Positions 8,316 to 10,290 of a DNA stretch of 10,290 bases are shown piece by piece (positions within the stretch are counted from its first letter, which is position 1; every line of letters starts with the position of its first letter). Origin of the DNA: Chthonomonadales bacterium. GTDB taxonomy: Bacteria; Armatimonadota; Chthonomonadetes; Chthonomonadales; Chthonomonadaceae. The notes below the pieces were generated by a model. The model was not told where the DNA came from. It worked only from the letters and a program-made list of their open reading frames with translations, and did no database searches. The DNA lies in assembly GCA_038217285.1 (NCBI GenBank), contig JBBQPO010000225.1, positions 1 to 10,290 of the forward strand, given 5' to 3'. The position numbers and the translations under genes were made by a program.

Positions 8316-8510
8316 ATGACAAGAATGAAACAAGCGATTGGTCTGGCCCTGTTGCTTGGTGGAACCTGCATCTTCATGGGCTGCAGTAAGCCCACTGCCG
8401 AAGAGTCAAAGCCGATGAAAGACGGGGATGGCACCTCGCAACCGACAGCAACGGGTGCGGGAGGAAACACCGCACCCGCTACAGCCGCTGGTAAAGCTTC
8501 GTCGAACTGA
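8316..8510 (+). CDS. Small putative lipoprotein (64 aa)
   Basis: AAGGGAG RBS before ATG 8316; MTRMKQAIGLALLLGGTCIFMG|C has basic n-region, hydrophobic h-region and lipobox-like FMGC; the mature part is low-complexity (T/A/G/P/K). Confidence 0.75.
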   Translation: MTRMKQAIGLALLLGGTCIFMGCSKPTAEESKPMKDGDGTSQPTATGAGGNTAPATAAGKASSN

Positions 8511-8540
8511 TTCCTGCATTCAAGATCATACCGTCCAGAT

Positions 8541-8581
8541 TCCCCTCTTCCTACCTTTATTTACAGGGCAAAAAGAGGGGA
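8541..8581 (+). terminator. Possible stem-loop ending the first module
   Basis: TCCCCTCTT (8541-8549) / AAGAGGGGA (8573-8581) with a large loop, followed by CTTT; 30 nt after the lipoprotein stop. Confidence 0.35.
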
Positions 8582-8650
8582 CTTTGGTTCGTCGGCGAGA
8601 TCCGATTTTTTGGCCCGGCACGCTTTTGGTAGCGCAAATCCCAAAAGTTG

Positions 8651-8659
8651 TGGTATAAT
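8651..8659 (+). promoter_or_regulatory. Putative extended -10 sigma70 promoter
   Basis: Perfect TG-G-TATAAT in a locally AT-rich intergenic tract; no good -35 hexamer, and that position is spanned by the inverted repeat CTTTTGG-N11-CCAAAAG (8623-8647). Confidence 0.55.
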
Positions 8660-8700
8660 ATGCCATCGATAGGGTTGTTGCTAATCCCGTCGCTTTTTCT

Positions 8701-8717
8701 TTTACAGTGACTGTAAA
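8701..8717. promoter_or_regulatory. Perfect palindrome, candidate transcription-factor operator
   Basis: TTTACAGT-G-ACTGTAAA (8-1-8), ~40 nt downstream of the extended -10. Confidence 0.6.
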
Positions 8718-9039
8718 TAGCCGCGAAGCCTGCGGCCTGCTGAAATTTTTTTGATCCCGATGTGCATGGCGTCCGGAATTCGATTCCGACGAGTTGCTAT
8801 GCAATTAGGTGTTGCCCGATGGCGGGCAGCCAGAGGATGAACGGAACGTCAGATAGGTTTTAGGCTGCGGTGAAGTCCGGAAACTTCTTCGCTTTGGTGT
8901 CCTCTCAGGTTCTCTCCCGAACCCGCCTGCCTATCTCTCTTTCCGCTCGTCCTCGCTCTCACGGTTACAGGTCAATCGAAGCCGACTTCCTGTAGCCGTA
9001 CGGTTCCATCTCTTTTCTTTTTTTCGGGAGGATCTTTCT

Positions 9040-9831
9040 ATGTCTCAACGCAACAAGGGCGGCTTCACCCTCATCGAGCTGCTGGTAGTTATCGCAATTA
9101 TCGCGATACTTGCCGCCATTCTGTTCCCTGTCTTCGCCCAGGCCCGCGAGAAGGCGCGTACCATCTCCTGCCTCTCCAACCTCAAGCAGATGGGCACCGC
9201 CTTCACGATGTATCTGCAGGACTACGATGAGGTCGTGCTTCCCCGCTACTCGGCCTGTCCCAGCACCGGCCCTGCCCCCACTCCGGATGCCCCCACCCTG
9301 TGGACCAACACCATCCAGCCCTACATCAAAAACAAGCAGGTCTTCATCTGCCCCTCCGCCACCAATACCAAATATGGCGACACGTGGAACCTCCGCTCCT
9401 ACCTCTCCATCGGCTACAATCAGACCATCAGTGGCTGGTACTATCCCACCGCCAATGGATGCGGTAATATGGTGCTGCCCACGCTCGCCTCGGTCGTGGC
9501 TCCCTCGAAGAACGTTATGTTCGCCGATTCCGTTTCTGGAGACCTGGCGGGAGGCTATCGCGGCTACCTGTTCGGCAACGTCGGGATGAACATTCCGTAT
9601 ACCTCCTCGTTCGCTGGGCGCGGCAGTTTCGGTGCCCGGCACAACGAAGGCGCCAACCTCTCGTTCTTCGATGGCCATGCCAAATGGTACAAAGGCACCA
9701 ACATCCTCGCGAATGTCAATGCCCCGTACAAATGTGCGGATACCAGTTTCGACAGCGGCGCCTACTATATGGATGTAAATGGGGCTCACCTGAAGTTCAA
9801 CATCAGCGACACGTGTAATGTCGATCCGTAA
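9040..9831 (+). CDS. Second prepilin-type N-terminal cleavage/methylation protein with DUF1559-like region and H-X9-DG motif (263 aa)
   Basis: [48 protein letters not shown]...[48 protein letters not shown]. Confidence 0.95.
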   Translation: MSQRNKGGFTLIELLVVIAIIAILAAILFPVFAQAREKARTISCLSNLKQMGTAFTMYLQDYDEVVLPRYSACPSTGPAPTPDAPTLWTNTIQPYIKNKQVFICPSATNTKYGDTWNLRSYLSIGYNQTISGWYYPTANGCGNMVLPTLASVVAPSKNVMFADSVSGDLAGGYRGYLFGNVGMNIPYTSSFAGRGSFGARHNEGANLSFFDGHAKWYKGTNILANVNAPYKCADTSFDSGAYYMDVNGAHLKFNISDTCNVDP

Positions 9832-9847
9832 AGAAAGAGGCATCCCT

Positions 9848-10048
9848 GTGAAACAGACGGTCAATCCCGTCGTGGCAGCCGTATTGGCCGTTATTGCGTT
9901 CGTCGGTCTCAGCTTCATCGGCTATCACGTGTATACTTCTGCGGGTTCGTCCTCCTTACCGACGGCGAACCCACAGCCCCTCGATCCTAACGATGAGAAG
10001 TACAAATCCCGGCTTCCACCTGGGATCAGTGGAGGAGGAGGAGGCTAG
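9848..10048 (+). CDS. Small single-pass membrane protein (66 aa) with Pro/Gly-rich tail
   Basis: AAGAGG RBS before GTG 9848; MKQTVNPVVAAVLAVIAFVGLSFIGYHVY (TM helix) followed by SSSLPTANPQPLDP...PPGISGGGGG; 16 bp after the prepilin-like gene stop. Confidence 0.78.
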   Translation: MKQTVNPVVAAVLAVIAFVGLSFIGYHVYTSAGSSSLPTANPQPLDPNDEKYKSRLPPGISGGGGG

Positions 10049-10071
10049 CTTCGCTTCTCCGTGACAGTGGA

Positions 10072-10122
10072 CAGACAAGCACCGGCCCGATGCTCTGAGA
10101 GCATCGGGCCGGTGCTTGTCTG
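10072..10122. terminator. Perfect 25-1-25 palindrome between convergent genes (bidirectional terminator-like or REP-like)
   Basis: CAGACAAGCACCGGCCCGATGCTCT-G-AGAGCATCGGGCCGGTGCTTGTCTG, no mismatches. Confidence 0.7.
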
Positions 10123-10175
10123 AATAGGGGTGCCAGACGCGCTACGCCAGCGCGGATTGCCAGAGGTAATGCGCC

Positions 10176-10290
10176 TCAGAAGCGCGTGGCGGTCAGGTCG
10201 AACGAGATGCGGTGGCTAAAGGTGGAGTAGGTGAGCTGCAGTTCTCGCGCTCCCAGTCGATGGCCGAAAGTGAACTCGAAATCCTGATAG
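10176..10290 (-). CDS. C-terminal fragment of a probable outer-membrane beta-barrel protein (5' part outside the window)
   Basis: Minus frame ...YQDFEFTFGHRLGARELQLTYSTFSHRISFDLTATRF*: alternating hydrophobic beta-strand pattern and terminal Phe; only 37 aa visible. Confidence 0.55.
   Translation of the reverse strand, partial: YQDFEFTFGHRLGARELQLTYSTFSHRISFDLTATRF

Noticed and set aside
8615-8631. Sigma54-like CGGCACGCTTTTGGT
   Set aside because: The invariant GC at -12 is absent at the required spacing.
8860-8935. Fragments resembling cobalamin (CGGTGAAGTCCG), glycine (CTCTCAGG) or c-di-AMP (TCCCGAACCCG) riboswitches
   Set aside because: Only isolated short words match; the other conserved elements of each class are missing or out of order. 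cmscan would settle it.
8965-9918. 317-aa minus-strand ORF (also 7907-8470 minus)
   Set aside because: Antisense shadows of the prepilin-like and partner genes.
1-10290. CRISPR array, tRNA/rRNA, integrase or IS element
   Set aside because: No regularly spaced repeats, cloverleaf or rRNA signatures, or recombinase/transposase motifs were seen.

Overview
GC-rich bacterial chromosomal window, probably Armatimonadota or a similar lineage (inferred from the tandem [32 protein letters not shown] / H-X9-DG prepilin-like genes). Left to right: a minus-strand ArsR-family regulator + SulP/STAS anion transporter (truncated at the window edge) with a palindromic operator; a divergent type II restriction-modification cassette (C5 cytosine methyltransferase + GIY-YIG Eco29kI-like endonuclease, likely CCGCGG); a 74-aa hypothetical protein; leuC-leuD; a ~240-nt highly structured non-coding segment ending in an intrinsic terminator; two tandem modules, each a prepilin-type N-methylation/H-X9-DG protein followed by a tiny membrane-anchored partner; a perfect 51-bp palindrome; and the C-terminus of a convergent probable outer-membrane beta-barrel protein. 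The most interesting unexplained elements are the candidate structured RNA (6929-7171) and the prepilin + micro-partner modules with long, motif-rich upstream regions. All calls come from manual reading; no searches or folding programs were run.
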